From positions 1 through 37,173 of the forward strand of contig CAZPBI010000004.1 in the NCBI GenBank assembly GCA_964584825.1: a stretch of 37,173 bases of DNA, in the 5' to 3' direction. The notes beneath the pieces were generated by a model that searched no databases, was not told where the DNA came from, and saw only the letters and a list, made by a program, of their open reading frames with translations. Source of the DNA: Candidatus Woesearchaeota archaeon. GTDB taxonomy: Archaea; Nanobdellota; Nanobdellia; SCGC-AAA011-G17; JACPIM01. Position 1 is the stretch's first letter; each line of letters starts with the position of its first letter. The translations under genes were made by a program, and so were the position numbers. Shown here piece after piece: positions 8,713-16,217 of this stretch.

Positions 8713-9312
8713 CTATATAAATCTTTTTATTTTACTTCTAAATACATATCCCAAAATTACTAAAACAACCAAAATTGCAATAATTGTATTTGTTCCTATT
8801 TTGCCAGTTATTGCCTCATTAACTACAGGAATTTTACACAAACTTTCATCAATATATTTAAATTCAATCATATTTTTCATTTCACAATCTGAAGTTAATG
8901 GGTTTATTGTATTAACCTCAATTTCCCTGCTCTGTAAAACCCTTCCATCTTCTTTACATTCAACATTTTTCCAATCGCCTAAAATCTCTTTTCCTTCGCA
9001 TAATTTACATCTCTCATCTGCTATATCTCTATATTTTGTTTCTGAAACAATGTTGCAAGTAGATGGCTGATTGAACTGCCTAACTTGAGACTGGTGCATT
9101 TCTCCTTTTAGACAAAATTCATCTTTCCAATCAGTTAATTTTTCTGTTGCTCCATAGCAAACACAATTTGTAGTATTGGAAACACCTCCAATCCCTAGAT
9201 ATGAATAATTTGTTGGATGTATGTCTTTTACACTACTTTCACAATAAGTTGTTGCATTCACTGCTGCTAAAAATGCAATTGCAAATAGCAGAATTAAAAT
9301 TAATTTTTTCAT
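8713..9312 (-). CDS. Cys-rich type-I membrane protein (signal peptide + C-terminal anchor)
   Basis: Signal MKKLILILLFAIAFLAAVNA. C-terminal TM plus basic stop-transfer IIAILVVLVILGYVFRSKIKRFI. Internal duplication CVCYGATEKLTDWKDEFC / CKLCEGKEILGDWKNVEC. Confidence 0.8.
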   Translation of the reverse strand: MKKLILILLFAIAFLAAVNATTYCESSVKDIHPTNYSYLGIGGVSNTTNCVCYGATEKLTDWKDEFCLKGEMHQSQVRQFNQPSTCNIVSETKYRDIADERCKLCEGKEILGDWKNVECKEDGRVLQSREIEVNTINPLTSDCEMKNMIEFKYIDESLCKIPVVNEAITGKIGTNTIIAILVVLVILGYVFRSKIKRFI

Positions 9313-9509
9313 TTTATTCTCCTTTTATGTGATTTTATAGACACAATTCTTAATTCATTATTTCTTAGTTCCCTTAATTCATATTTTAACTCTTTATATC
9401 TTCTTTCATAATCTAATAATCTTCTTTCACAATCAACAATCTCATCATCAAGTAAATACATTTCTGTTCTTATTTCATTTATTCTTTTTGTAATTCTTTC
9501 TCCTTTCAT
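9309..9509 (-). CDS. 66-aa coiled-coil protein with C-terminal IKSHKRRIK tail
   Basis: ATG 9509 behind AAGGTGAG, with ATGA overlaps on both sides. Heptad-like charged sequence EIVDCERRLLDYERRYKELKYELRELRNNEL. Confidence 0.65.
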   Translation of the reverse strand: MKGERITKRINEIRTEMYLLDDEIVDCERRLLDYERRYKELKYELRELRNNELRIVSIKSHKRRIK

Positions 9510-9895
9510 TTTCTCACCTTAATTTTCAAATATCTCAAAACAATAATTACTGCTGCAAAAAACAATACTAAATGAACGACCCAACCTGCAATATCATTTA
9601 CATATAATTCAACCCCTATAATCTCTGGGAATATTGTTTTATATCCATAAATTGTTAGGAAATAATAATATCCTGAAGCAATAGTTGAATGTATTGCAGA
9701 AGCAATAGCAATATTAATGTATGTAAATTTTTTCAAATACTTAACTAAAATATATGCTGAGAGTGATGCTATGATAAATTTAGCTACAAAATATTCAGGA
9801 ACTTCCATTGGTGTAGTTAAGAATAAGTGAAACACATAATCTAAAAAAACAAACGCTGCTGCAATTAATAAAATCATTTTAGTTTGTTCTTTCAT
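9506..9895 (-). CDS. Polytopic membrane protein (about 4 TM)
   Basis: Hydrophobic helices MILLIAAAFVFLDYVFHLF, FIIASLSAYILV, IAIASAIHSTIASGYYYFL, WVVHLVLFFAAVIIVL. ATGA overlaps on both sides. Confidence 0.75.
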   Translation of the reverse strand: MKEQTKMILLIAAAFVFLDYVFHLFLTTPMEVPEYFVAKFIIASLSAYILVKYLKKFTYINIAIASAIHSTIASGYYYFLTIYGYKTIFPEIIGVELYVNDIAGWVVHLVLFFAAVIIVLRYLKIKVRK

Positions 9896-11151
9896 TTTTT
9901 CTTACTCCCAATTTTTCTGAAGAAAATCATAGCTCCTAATAATATTAAACCTCCAGAGATAGAATATAAAGCAATTTTTATAAAGTTTGTTTGTTCAATT
10001 TTCTTGCTTTCTATTTCTGGTAGTACTATACATTTATCTAATTCTGCATCATAATTTCCTGCTGGACAAATATGCTCTGTTTCTTCTATTGTAAGTGTTC
10101 TTCTGCATTTTGTCACTCCATTTTCAACAACTAAAGTTCCATCACAAACAATTGGTTCTTCTTTTAAAACAACTTCTTGTGGTATATATTTCACACATTG
10201 GTCACCTTCAACAACTCCATCACAAACAATTTTCAAATCTGGTTGAGTAACAAACACTTGCTCATTAGCATTATATATACATTCACTGCAAATATAAGCA
10301 ATCCCTGGTTGAGGGTCGCATGAATTTGTAGTAGTATTTAAAACTTGATTAGCATCACATAACACGCTTAATGTAGGCGGAACTTCCATTACATATCTAA
10401 ATTCCCATTCTTGACCTGCTGGAATTGTAACATATTCTCCTTTTTGTAATAACTTATAAGGTTCCACTGTTTGCTCTAACTTTTCTTTTGTCTGTAAATC
10501 TAATTTCAAAACAGGAGTAACATAGCAAAATGCTTTTACAGAATATCTAAAACTATCCATTCTTACAGTTGTTCCTGCTGTAAAAGTTTCTGTACCTAAT
10601 AAATATCCTTGTTGTAATCTACATAATTCATTTTCTCTATAAATTTCTATTGGCAAACTTTCAATTAATGGCATTCCTGCTTGGAAGACATTTGGAGTTT
10701 TAATTGTTATATTAGCCCAACCTGAAAAATCAACTGGTAAAGTAATTTCATTTAAACCTGTTATACTATCTAATGTTTTCCATTCATCTGCAACTTTTGC
10801 ACAATTATCTGGTGTTATATTTGGAGGAGCCTTACATAGTGGCAAAAATTCTCCTATTTTATTATTATTCAAATATACTTCCATTTTTATTGTTCTATCT
10901 CTGTCTCCTGAAGAATTATCACAAGTAGATTGAGCTTGTGAAGAACAAGCAAGAATTTTAAGTGTGCTATCAGCAACCATAAAAGGCTCTTTAACCAAAT
11001 AGTATGTATTGCTGAGAACATTAACTTCTGTTGCTTCTGTCGGAATTCCAGTTATGCTTCCAATAAATCCAAGAAAAAAAGCAGGAAAAATAAATGCACC
11101 TATTCCAGCAATTATAAATATTGCTCCATAATAATTGTATTTGTTATTCAT
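9892..11151 (-). CDS. Cys-rich membrane glycoprotein-like protein (N-terminal anchor/signal, C-terminal TM)
   Basis: The tracked start 11157 is TTG; ATG 11151 follows AGGTGG at good spacing. N-terminal helix GAIFIIAGIGAFIFPAFFLGFIG; C-terminal LYSISGGLILLGAMIFFRKIGSKKK. The C-terminal third has 4 short disulfide-hairpin-like units (CDANQVLNTTTNSC, CDGVVEGDQC, CDGTLVVENGVTKC, CPAGNYDAELDKC). Confidence 0.85.
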   Translation of the reverse strand: MNNKYNYYGAIFIIAGIGAFIFPAFFLGFIGSITGIPTEATEVNVLSNTYYLVKEPFMVADSTLKILACSSQAQSTCDNSSGDRDRTIKMEVYLNNNKIGEFLPLCKAPPNITPDNCAKVADEWKTLDSITGLNEITLPVDFSGWANITIKTPNVFQAGMPLIESLPIEIYRENELCRLQQGYLLGTETFTAGTTVRMDSFRYSVKAFCYVTPVLKLDLQTKEKLEQTVEPYKLLQKGEYVTIPAGQEWEFRYVMEVPPTLSVLCDANQVLNTTTNSCDPQPGIAYICSECIYNANEQVFVTQPDLKIVCDGVVEGDQCVKYIPQEVVLKEEPIVCDGTLVVENGVTKCRRTLTIEETEHICPAGNYDAELDKCIVLPEIESKKIEQTNFIKIALYSISGGLILLGAMIFFRKIGSKKK

Positions 11152-11269
11152 TTCCAACCACCTATATTGTAATACCTTTCTACATACCTCTTTTACCTAT
11201 TTACCTAACCTATTTGCCTATTCACCACCTTCTACACCTATCCACAACAACTTTTTTTCTTTTTTTCTT

Positions 11270-11566
11270 TCATTTTATCAATCCTGCCACAACTGTAAAC
11301 ACTATTGCTGCACTAATTGGAAATATAAATAAAGCTGTAGCAATTATTGAAATTGCCCAAGCAATCATTCCTTCTAAATGCAAATAATTTTCTACTATGT
11401 ATCTTTTTATCAAATACACTTCAACTATAAATATTATTATGTATATCAAACCCAATTCCCAAAGTTTAGAGAGAATAGAAATATATCTTCCAAAATCAAG
11501 ACCATTCTGATAGCTCATTGATTGGGCAGCAGAAATTGCTTCATTTAATGCATTTGTATCAACCAT
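11270..11566 (-). CDS. 98-aa membrane protein (2-3 TM)
   Basis: ATG behind AGGTGA. Helices LGLIYIIIFIVEVYLI and MIAWAISIIATALFIFPISAAIVFTVVAGLI. Confidence 0.65.
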   Translation of the reverse strand: MVDTNALNEAISAAQSMSYQNGLDFGRYISILSKLWELGLIYIIIFIVEVYLIKRYIVENYLHLEGMIAWAISIIATALFIFPISAAIVFTVVAGLIK

Positions 11567-11572
11567 TTTTCA

Positions 11573-11755
11573 TCACCTAATAAATCTACAAACCAATGCT
11601 TGTGCTAAAACTACTATTCCCGCAATTATGGAATATTTACTTAACTCTATAAACATATCTGTTTGCACAAAATAATTTTGAGAATACAAATATCCTATTC
11701 CTCCAATCAATAGTATTCCTCCCAAAATTAATGAATTTTTTTGTGTTAATTCCAT
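11573..11755 (-). CDS. 60-aa membrane protein (2 TM)
   Basis: ATG behind AAAGGAGA. Helices LILGGILLIGGIGYLY and YSIIAGIVVLAQALV. Confidence 0.6.
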   Translation of the reverse strand: MELTQKNSLILGGILLIGGIGYLYSQNYFVQTDMFIELSKYSIIAGIVVLAQALVCRFIR

Positions 11756-11768
11756 TTTTTCATCTCCT

Positions 11769-12644
11769 TTATGCTGTTAGATTTGATAAATTTACATCAC
11801 TAATTTCTACTAATCTTGTTTTTACAAACGCTGCTAAAAATATCACAGCAATTACGAAAGCAACAATTATCAATAGCGATTTGTCCGGAAGTACACTTGT
11901 TGGAGCAAAAAACAAGGCAAGTGTATTATTAACAATATGCGCACTCATCGGAATTATGAAGTCCTTATAGACAACTGCTAATCCTAAAAAGAAAAATCCC
12001 ATCACAAGTTGAGGTATAGCCCCGACGTACGCAGATGTCCCAATGCCCTTTGTATCACTTACGAAGCTAATAAATCCTCCAATGCTATATTCATATGCCT
12101 CCTTTCCTCTTACTGCAAAATGGAAGGCTGCAAAGACTAATGAGACAATTACAATTGAAGTAATTACAGGGTAAGGAACTTTTTTGCTGCGAAGAATTAG
12201 TGAAATTATTATCATTGCGGTAATGACTAAGAATGTCTCAGTTATGGGTTGAATTAATGTGGCAAACAGAACGCTTTCATTTCCTATACTTCCCAATTCT
12301 GCAAATGTTATGCTTCCCATCAAATTATTCAAAGCAGAAATTCCAGACATGAGAAATCCGATGGTGACAATCAAAAGTACGCCCCACACAAAACCTACTG
12401 ATAATCTACTAAATAATTTTTGTTGATTAGGAACATCAAAATATTCCCCTACTTCTTTCTTTTTGCGAGTAGCAAATATGAGAATGGTACTTCCGACAGT
12501 ACCCGCGAGTAGGAGATTCCATAAGGAAGCCTCCCTGGTTGATAATTCTGGACTAACTGTGAAAAGGAAGAGTGAACTGATAGTAACAAGAAATACTAGA
12601 TATAAAATTACATTACTTTCAAGTTTTGGCATTTTAAAAATCAC
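11769..12644 (-). CDS. CPBP/Abi (CAAX-protease-like) family intramembrane protease homologue, divergent
   Basis: Polytopic protein. It has motif 2 F-x3-H (VFAAFHFAVRG) and motif 3 H-x3-N (MSAHIVNNTL). Motif 1 is degenerate (ITETFLV instead of EExxxR). There is no Cys, so it is not an archaeosortase. The tracked start is GTG 12644; ATG 12632 (MPKLES...) behind AGGTG is likelier. Confidence 0.6.
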   Translation of the reverse strand: MIFKMPKLESNVILYLVFLVTISSLFLFTVSPELSTREASLWNLLLAGTVGSTILIFATRKKKEVGEYFDVPNQQKLFSRLSVGFVWGVLLIVTIGFLMSGISALNNLMGSITFAELGSIGNESVLFATLIQPITETFLVITAMIIISLILRSKKVPYPVITSIVIVSLVFAAFHFAVRGKEAYEYSIGGFISFVSDTKGIGTSAYVGAIPQLVMGFFFLGLAVVYKDFIIPMSAHIVNNTLALFFAPTSVLPDKSLLIIVAFVIAVIFLAAFVKTRLVEISDVNLSNLTA

Positions 12645-12818
12645 CTACATTCTTTCTACTTTTGCTTCCCACCAATGTGTTCCTTTTTTCCTTCTCCTCA
12701 TTATTTCTCTTGCTTTTTTTATTGCTTGTTTTTTGTTTGATGCAAATAGTACAGTATTTAATCTATATTCAAATTTGTATGGTTTAAGTCCTCTTGTATG
12801 TGCTTTTACATTTACCAT
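12645..12818 (-). CDS. 57-aa basic protein, N-terminus MVNVKAHTRG (below ORF-track cutoff)
   Basis: AAGGAAG SD 8 nt before ATG 12818 (an upstream ATG at 12824 is too close to the SD). MVNVKAHTRGLKPYKFEYRLNTVLFASNKKQAIKKAREIMRRRKKGTHWWEAKVERM. The stop abuts the start of the CPBP gene. Confidence 0.5.
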   Translation of the reverse strand: MVNVKAHTRGLKPYKFEYRLNTVLFASNKKQAIKKAREIMRRRKKGTHWWEAKVERM

Positions 12819-12842
12819 TTTCATAACTTCCTTTGTGTTTTA

Positions 12843-13073
12843 TTACCTCTTTACAAAATATGCATTTAAAAATTCTTCACTTACCCACATTTCTCTATCT
12901 CTTCCATTCAAATAATATCTTATTAAATATTCTTCTTCTTCATTTGTAGCATCTTTTTTATCAATATACACTTTTATGTGACTTCCTTCTCCTGGTATGG
13001 TTCCAATTAAATCATCTCCAATCTTATATGCACTATATTTGTTTGCTCTTGTATATTCTCTTACATTAATCAT
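12843..13073 (-). CDS. 76-aa protein, N-terminus MINVREYTRA
   Basis: The tracked ORF starts at 13091 inside the upstream gene. ATG 13073 lies just after that gene's stop and behind GAAAGGGGAAG. The N-terminal motif is shared with 12645..12818. Confidence 0.6.
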   Translation of the reverse strand: MINVREYTRANKYSAYKIGDDLIGTIPGEGSHIKVYIDKKDATNEEEEYLIRYYLNGRDREMWVSEEFLNAYFVKR

Positions 13074-13074
13074 T

Positions 13075-13257
13075 TTATCTTCCCCTTTCATGCTCTTTTA
13101 CAGCAATCGGTTTTATTTCAAACTTCAATTTTCTCCCACTTTTATCTACTTCAAACTCACCTTTAAATCCTTTCTTATATAATTTTTGAACTGCTTCTTG
13201 GTATTCATCCGCACTTCGTTTTCTGCTTTCTTTTCTATAACTATCAAAGAATCCCAT
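13075..13257 (-). CDS. 60-aa basic protein, C-terminal AVKEHERGR
   Basis: ATG 13257 behind AAAGGAGG. Lys/Arg/Glu-rich with no hydrophobic segment. Confidence 0.6.
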   Translation of the reverse strand: MGFFDSYRKESRKRSADEYQEAVQKLYKKGFKGEFEVDKSGRKLKFEIKPIAVKEHERGR

Positions 13258-13259
13258 GT

Positions 13260-13472
13260 TTACATCCTCCTTTCATGTGATTTGACATCTACTCCATATT
13301 CTTTGTATAAAGCTACTTTTATATTATCAACTTCAAATCCTCGTAAATCAAACTTTTCTGGATATTTTATAAGAATTCTCATGTCTTCTTCTGATAGATA
13401 TTCAACATCACTTGGGTCAGTGATTTCACTATCTCTTTCTATTATATCTGCTAAACTTGTAAATGAACTCAT
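13260..13472 (-). CDS. 70-aa acidic protein with C-terminal VDVKSHERRM tail
   Basis: ATG 13472 behind AGGAGGAGGT. The body is acidic (DSEITDPSDVEYLSEEDM). Confidence 0.65.
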   Translation of the reverse strand: MSSFTSLADIIERDSEITDPSDVEYLSEEDMRILIKYPEKFDLRGFEVDNIKVALYKEYGVDVKSHERRM

Positions 13473-13485
13473 TTTTTACCTCCTC

Positions 13486-13596
13486 CTACAAATAAATATA
13501 TATTTCCAGCCCTTTTCGCGTAACCATAATGCGAGTCATCCCACCCTGCTCAAGTAGCGCAAAACTTTTTTTGGCAGTTGAATTCTTTTTTCTCAT
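13486..13596 (-). CDS. Possible 36-aa ORF in a locally GC-rich patch
   Basis: MRKKNSTAKKSFALLEQGGMTRIMVTRKGLEIYIYL. The stop runs into the SD of 13260..13472, but there is no SD of its own. It could instead be non-coding. Confidence 0.2.
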   Translation of the reverse strand: MRKKNSTAKKSFALLEQGGMTRIMVTRKGLEIYIYL

Positions 13597-13606
13597 GCGC
13601 TATTGA

Positions 13607-13843
13607 TTAGATATAATCCTGAACGTCTGGCACGTATGCAGCCAATACTTTTATTATCAGCACTGCTATGAACAGACTTACTATAGTTCCCACTGCCAGT
13701 GGCAACGAAACTTCAGCGATGAATCCTGTAGTCGCTAACATTGGAACTATGAATGCATTTACAATGAACGTTGATACGACGGAAAGAAGCACTGCCAGAA
13801 CTATTGACTGTGTCAATATTTTTTGATAGTCAATATTTACCAT
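13607..13843 (-). CDS. 78-aa membrane protein (2 TM)
   Basis: ATG behind AAAGGAGGGT. Helices SIVLAVLLSVVSTFIVNAFIV and LPLAVGTIVSLFIAVLIIKVLAAY. Confidence 0.7.
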   Translation of the reverse strand: MVNIDYQKILTQSIVLAVLLSVVSTFIVNAFIVPMLATTGFIAEVSLPLAVGTIVSLFIAVLIIKVLAAYVPDVQDYI

Positions 13844-13848
13844 GTTTT

Positions 13849-14382
13849 TTACCCTCCTTTTTCTTCAATACCAACAATTAATTTTGGTAAGAGTAATTTT
13901 TCTTCCAATTCTCTGTCTGATATTTCCTCTTGTGTTTCCTTTTCTTTATTAACAATCTTAATCCTGTAACGTATTTCCACTCTTCGCAAAACTTCTACTA
14001 CACTCCAAGAAATTAAAGTTGCTGCAGTTCCGACAGCCATCATTTCCCCCAATGAAAACTGTAAAGAAAAATTGGAAATTGCAAGCACGACACCTCCAAA
14101 AGCACTCAGAACTAATTTTGCTTCAGGAGAAAGTTCCACAATATATGATAGCATTTCTTTTTGCAGAGCATTGTCAAAAATGCGCCAATCCGCTGCAATT
14201 CTATATGCTGCAAATAAAGTTCCAGCAGTTAAGAAACTCATAAACATGGACAACTCTATTGGAACTCTCAATAATAATAAAAAGAGAGTTTGGGCTAGCA
14301 AACCCATGCACATGAAGCTCCAAATTGTTCCTGACTTTCTCATATTCTTACCTTTAAGCATAAAGGGACTTTTTCTTTTCAT
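13849..14382 (-). CDS. Polytopic membrane protein with charged C-terminal tail
   Basis: About 4 hydrophobic helices followed by KIVNKEKETQEEISDRELEEK. The start is uncertain: ATG 14382 lacks an SD, whereas ATG 14343 (MRKSGTIW...) follows AAAGGTAAG. Confidence 0.7.
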   Translation of the reverse strand: MKRKSPFMLKGKNMRKSGTIWSFMCMGLLAQTLFLLLLRVPIELSMFMSFLTAGTLFAAYRIAADWRIFDNALQKEMLSYIVELSPEAKLVLSAFGGVVLAISNFSLQFSLGEMMAVGTAATLISWSVVEVLRRVEIRYRIKIVNKEKETQEEISDRELEEKLLLPKLIVGIEEKGG

Positions 14383-14403
14383 AGGAGAAGCCCCATAACC
14401 TAT

Positions 14404-15387
14404 TTATTTTTTCTTTCTTGTTGCGAAGTAAATTAATCCTATTACAGCAATTACTATTATCCACATTGGTACTGCTGTTGTTCCTAACATCATTGTACTT
14501 CCTAAGAACGCTTGAACTGCTCCTACTTGTGCTGCTGCTTGTGCTTGTTGTGTAGTTGTTGTTGTTCCTCCTTGAGATTGCTGAATTAATTCTTGTGGTA
14601 CTCCCAATGTTCCTGTAGACACACTTCCTTGCTTTGATGAAAAATTATTTGCTGCATCAAATTTCGCAAGACATGTGTAGTAGGTTTTTGGATATTGCAA
14701 ACCCTTAATAGTTGTTTCTGTTAGTGTTGAATCATTGCTGTCAGATGTTGAGTTTGGATAGTTTGTGCAGGTTTCTTGATATAACGTTCCATAATACACT
14801 CTCCAAAATGAATATTCTAATGGAGAACTATTACTATCTTGCAACCACTTAATTTTTACTGTTCCATTTTCCATTGGCTGAACGTAAGCCTCTGGTGGAG
14901 TTGGTGTTGAATTATCAGCAAAGAATCCAGAACTGCATACAATATTATTATCTGGTGCTAATTTGTCTGCTCCTCTGTGGACATTGTAGTCATTAACATT
15001 AACATCAATCCAATAATTTAAATCTATTGAATTGACATCAAAACTAACACTACATGTTCTTCCTGTTCTTATATTGCTGTCTGTATCACTACAATCTGTA
15101 TCTGACATCAAATTTATATCTTTGATTTTCAAGCAGTTTGAATCTGACATTGCAAGTGTTGATGTTTTACAGACATAAACATTTGCATCATGTGTTCCGC
15201 TTATATCACTATTTGTATCAGACCAAGCAAAGTTTATTGTATGTGTCCCTTTCCAATATTTTGTTGTATCAGGTTGAGATACATTACAATCTAAAGTTCC
15301 CTGCAAAGCTGTTGATGTTGTAATTAATGTTATGAAAACCATCGCCATTAATGCTGTTAATATTGCGCTTCTCCTTACACTTCCCAT
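14404..15387 (-). CDS. Type-I membrane protein: diverged copy of the giant-protein repeat domain + FN3-like domain + Thr/Gln-rich stalk + TM
   Basis: Signal/anchor ILTALMAMVFITLITTSTA. INFAWSDTN...RTCSVSFDVNSIDLNYWIDVNVNDYN resembles ...TTCHWDWNI...IFIDINVTDNN. FN3-like stretch PPEAYVQPMENGTVKIKWLQDS...FWRVYYG. GGTTTTTQQAQAAAQ stalk. C-terminal WIIVIAVIGLIYFATRKKK. Confidence 0.85.
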   Translation of the reverse strand: MGSVRRSAILTALMAMVFITLITTSTALQGTLDCNVSQPDTTKYWKGTHTINFAWSDTNSDISGTHDANVYVCKTSTLAMSDSNCLKIKDINLMSDTDCSDTDSNIRTGRTCSVSFDVNSIDLNYWIDVNVNDYNVHRGADKLAPDNNIVCSSGFFADNSTPTPPEAYVQPMENGTVKIKWLQDSNSSPLEYSFWRVYYGTLYQETCTNYPNSTSDSNDSTLTETTIKGLQYPKTYYTCLAKFDAANNFSSKQGSVSTGTLGVPQELIQQSQGGTTTTTQQAQAAAQVGAVQAFLGSTMMLGTTAVPMWIIVIAVIGLIYFATRKKK

Positions 15388-15435
15388 TTTTTGACCTCCG
15401 CTTATTTTATTATCATTTTTAATGAATGATAAATA

Positions 15436-15705
15436 TTATATTCTCTTTTTATGTGATTTAACTTTTACTTTTTTATCCCAATATCTTGATTCTTCTTTAG
15501 AAATTTTCATAAAATATGTGTCTAAACTAACTCCTTTTTTTGCACTATCTACTATTGCTTTTGCTCGCTTAATTGCAAACTCTTTTGTAGATGCTGGACC
15601 ACTCAAACTATCTCTAATTGTTTGGTCTTCTCTCCAAACAAAATAATTCCAAGCAAAAATTGACTTTTCTACTAAAATATTATATCCTTTGTATTTTATT
15701 TTCAT
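15436..15705 (-). CDS. 89-aa soluble protein with C-terminal VKVKSHKKRI tail
   Basis: ATG behind AGGAAGGAGA. There is no hydrophobic segment. Confidence 0.7.
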   Translation of the reverse strand: MKIKYKGYNILVEKSIFAWNYFVWREDQTIRDSLSGPASTKEFAIKRAKAIVDSAKKGVSLDTYFMKISKEESRYWDKKVKVKSHKKRI

Positions 15706-15707
15706 TT

Positions 15708-16217
15708 TTATCTCCTTCCTCTCTTTTTTGTTCTGTTATACAAAACTGAAACAACAAATACTGCTAAAATTACTAATATAAAATTTCCAGTTGTCATTTC
15801 AACTCCACCACCTTGAGAAATCATTGTTGTTTTAACTCCTTCAAAAACACTTCCAGTTTGTAAGGGAATGACACCTAAAAATTTAGAAGTGAATTGTTGT
15901 ATATTGTTGCCGAAAAATCCTATCACCAAACCCATTATGCCCATCACTAAGAAAACGAAATTCAAAGTTAAATTCCATCCATGACCTTTAAATATTGGAA
16001 TGGCGGGAGCCATTACAGCAAGCCCAATGAATATTATTCCGAAAAGTACTGCTCCAAGGAAAGGAAAAGCTCCAGCTAACAAAGTGAGAATAAAAACTCC
16101 TATTCCAAAAGCAATTACTGTTTGAAGTATTTGTTGAAGACTTAAATATTTTTCAAATGTTTTTCCCCCTTCTCCTCTTTCTCTATAAATAGAATCTGGA
16201 CCATATTCATATGCCAT
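15708..16217 (-). CDS. Polytopic membrane protein (4-5 TM)
   Basis: Gly/Ile/Phe-rich helices (VIAFGIGVFILTLLAGAFPFLGAVLFGIIFIGLAVMAPAIPIF ...). The ATG directly abuts the upstream stop. Confidence 0.8.
   Translation of the reverse strand: MAYEYGPDSIYRERGEGGKTFEKYLSLQQILQTVIAFGIGVFILTLLAGAFPFLGAVLFGIIFIGLAVMAPAIPIFKGHGWNLTLNFVFLVMGIMGLVIGFFGNNIQQFTSKFLGVIPLQTGSVFEGVKTTMISQGGGVEMTTGNFILVILAVFVVSVLYNRTKKRGRR

Noticed and set aside
13500-13570. tRNA or tRNA fragment in the GC-rich patches (also 21211..21262)
   Set aside because: I found no cloverleaf and no T-loop (GTTCRAnnC) or D-loop consensus on either strand. I kept one patch as a low-interest finding only.
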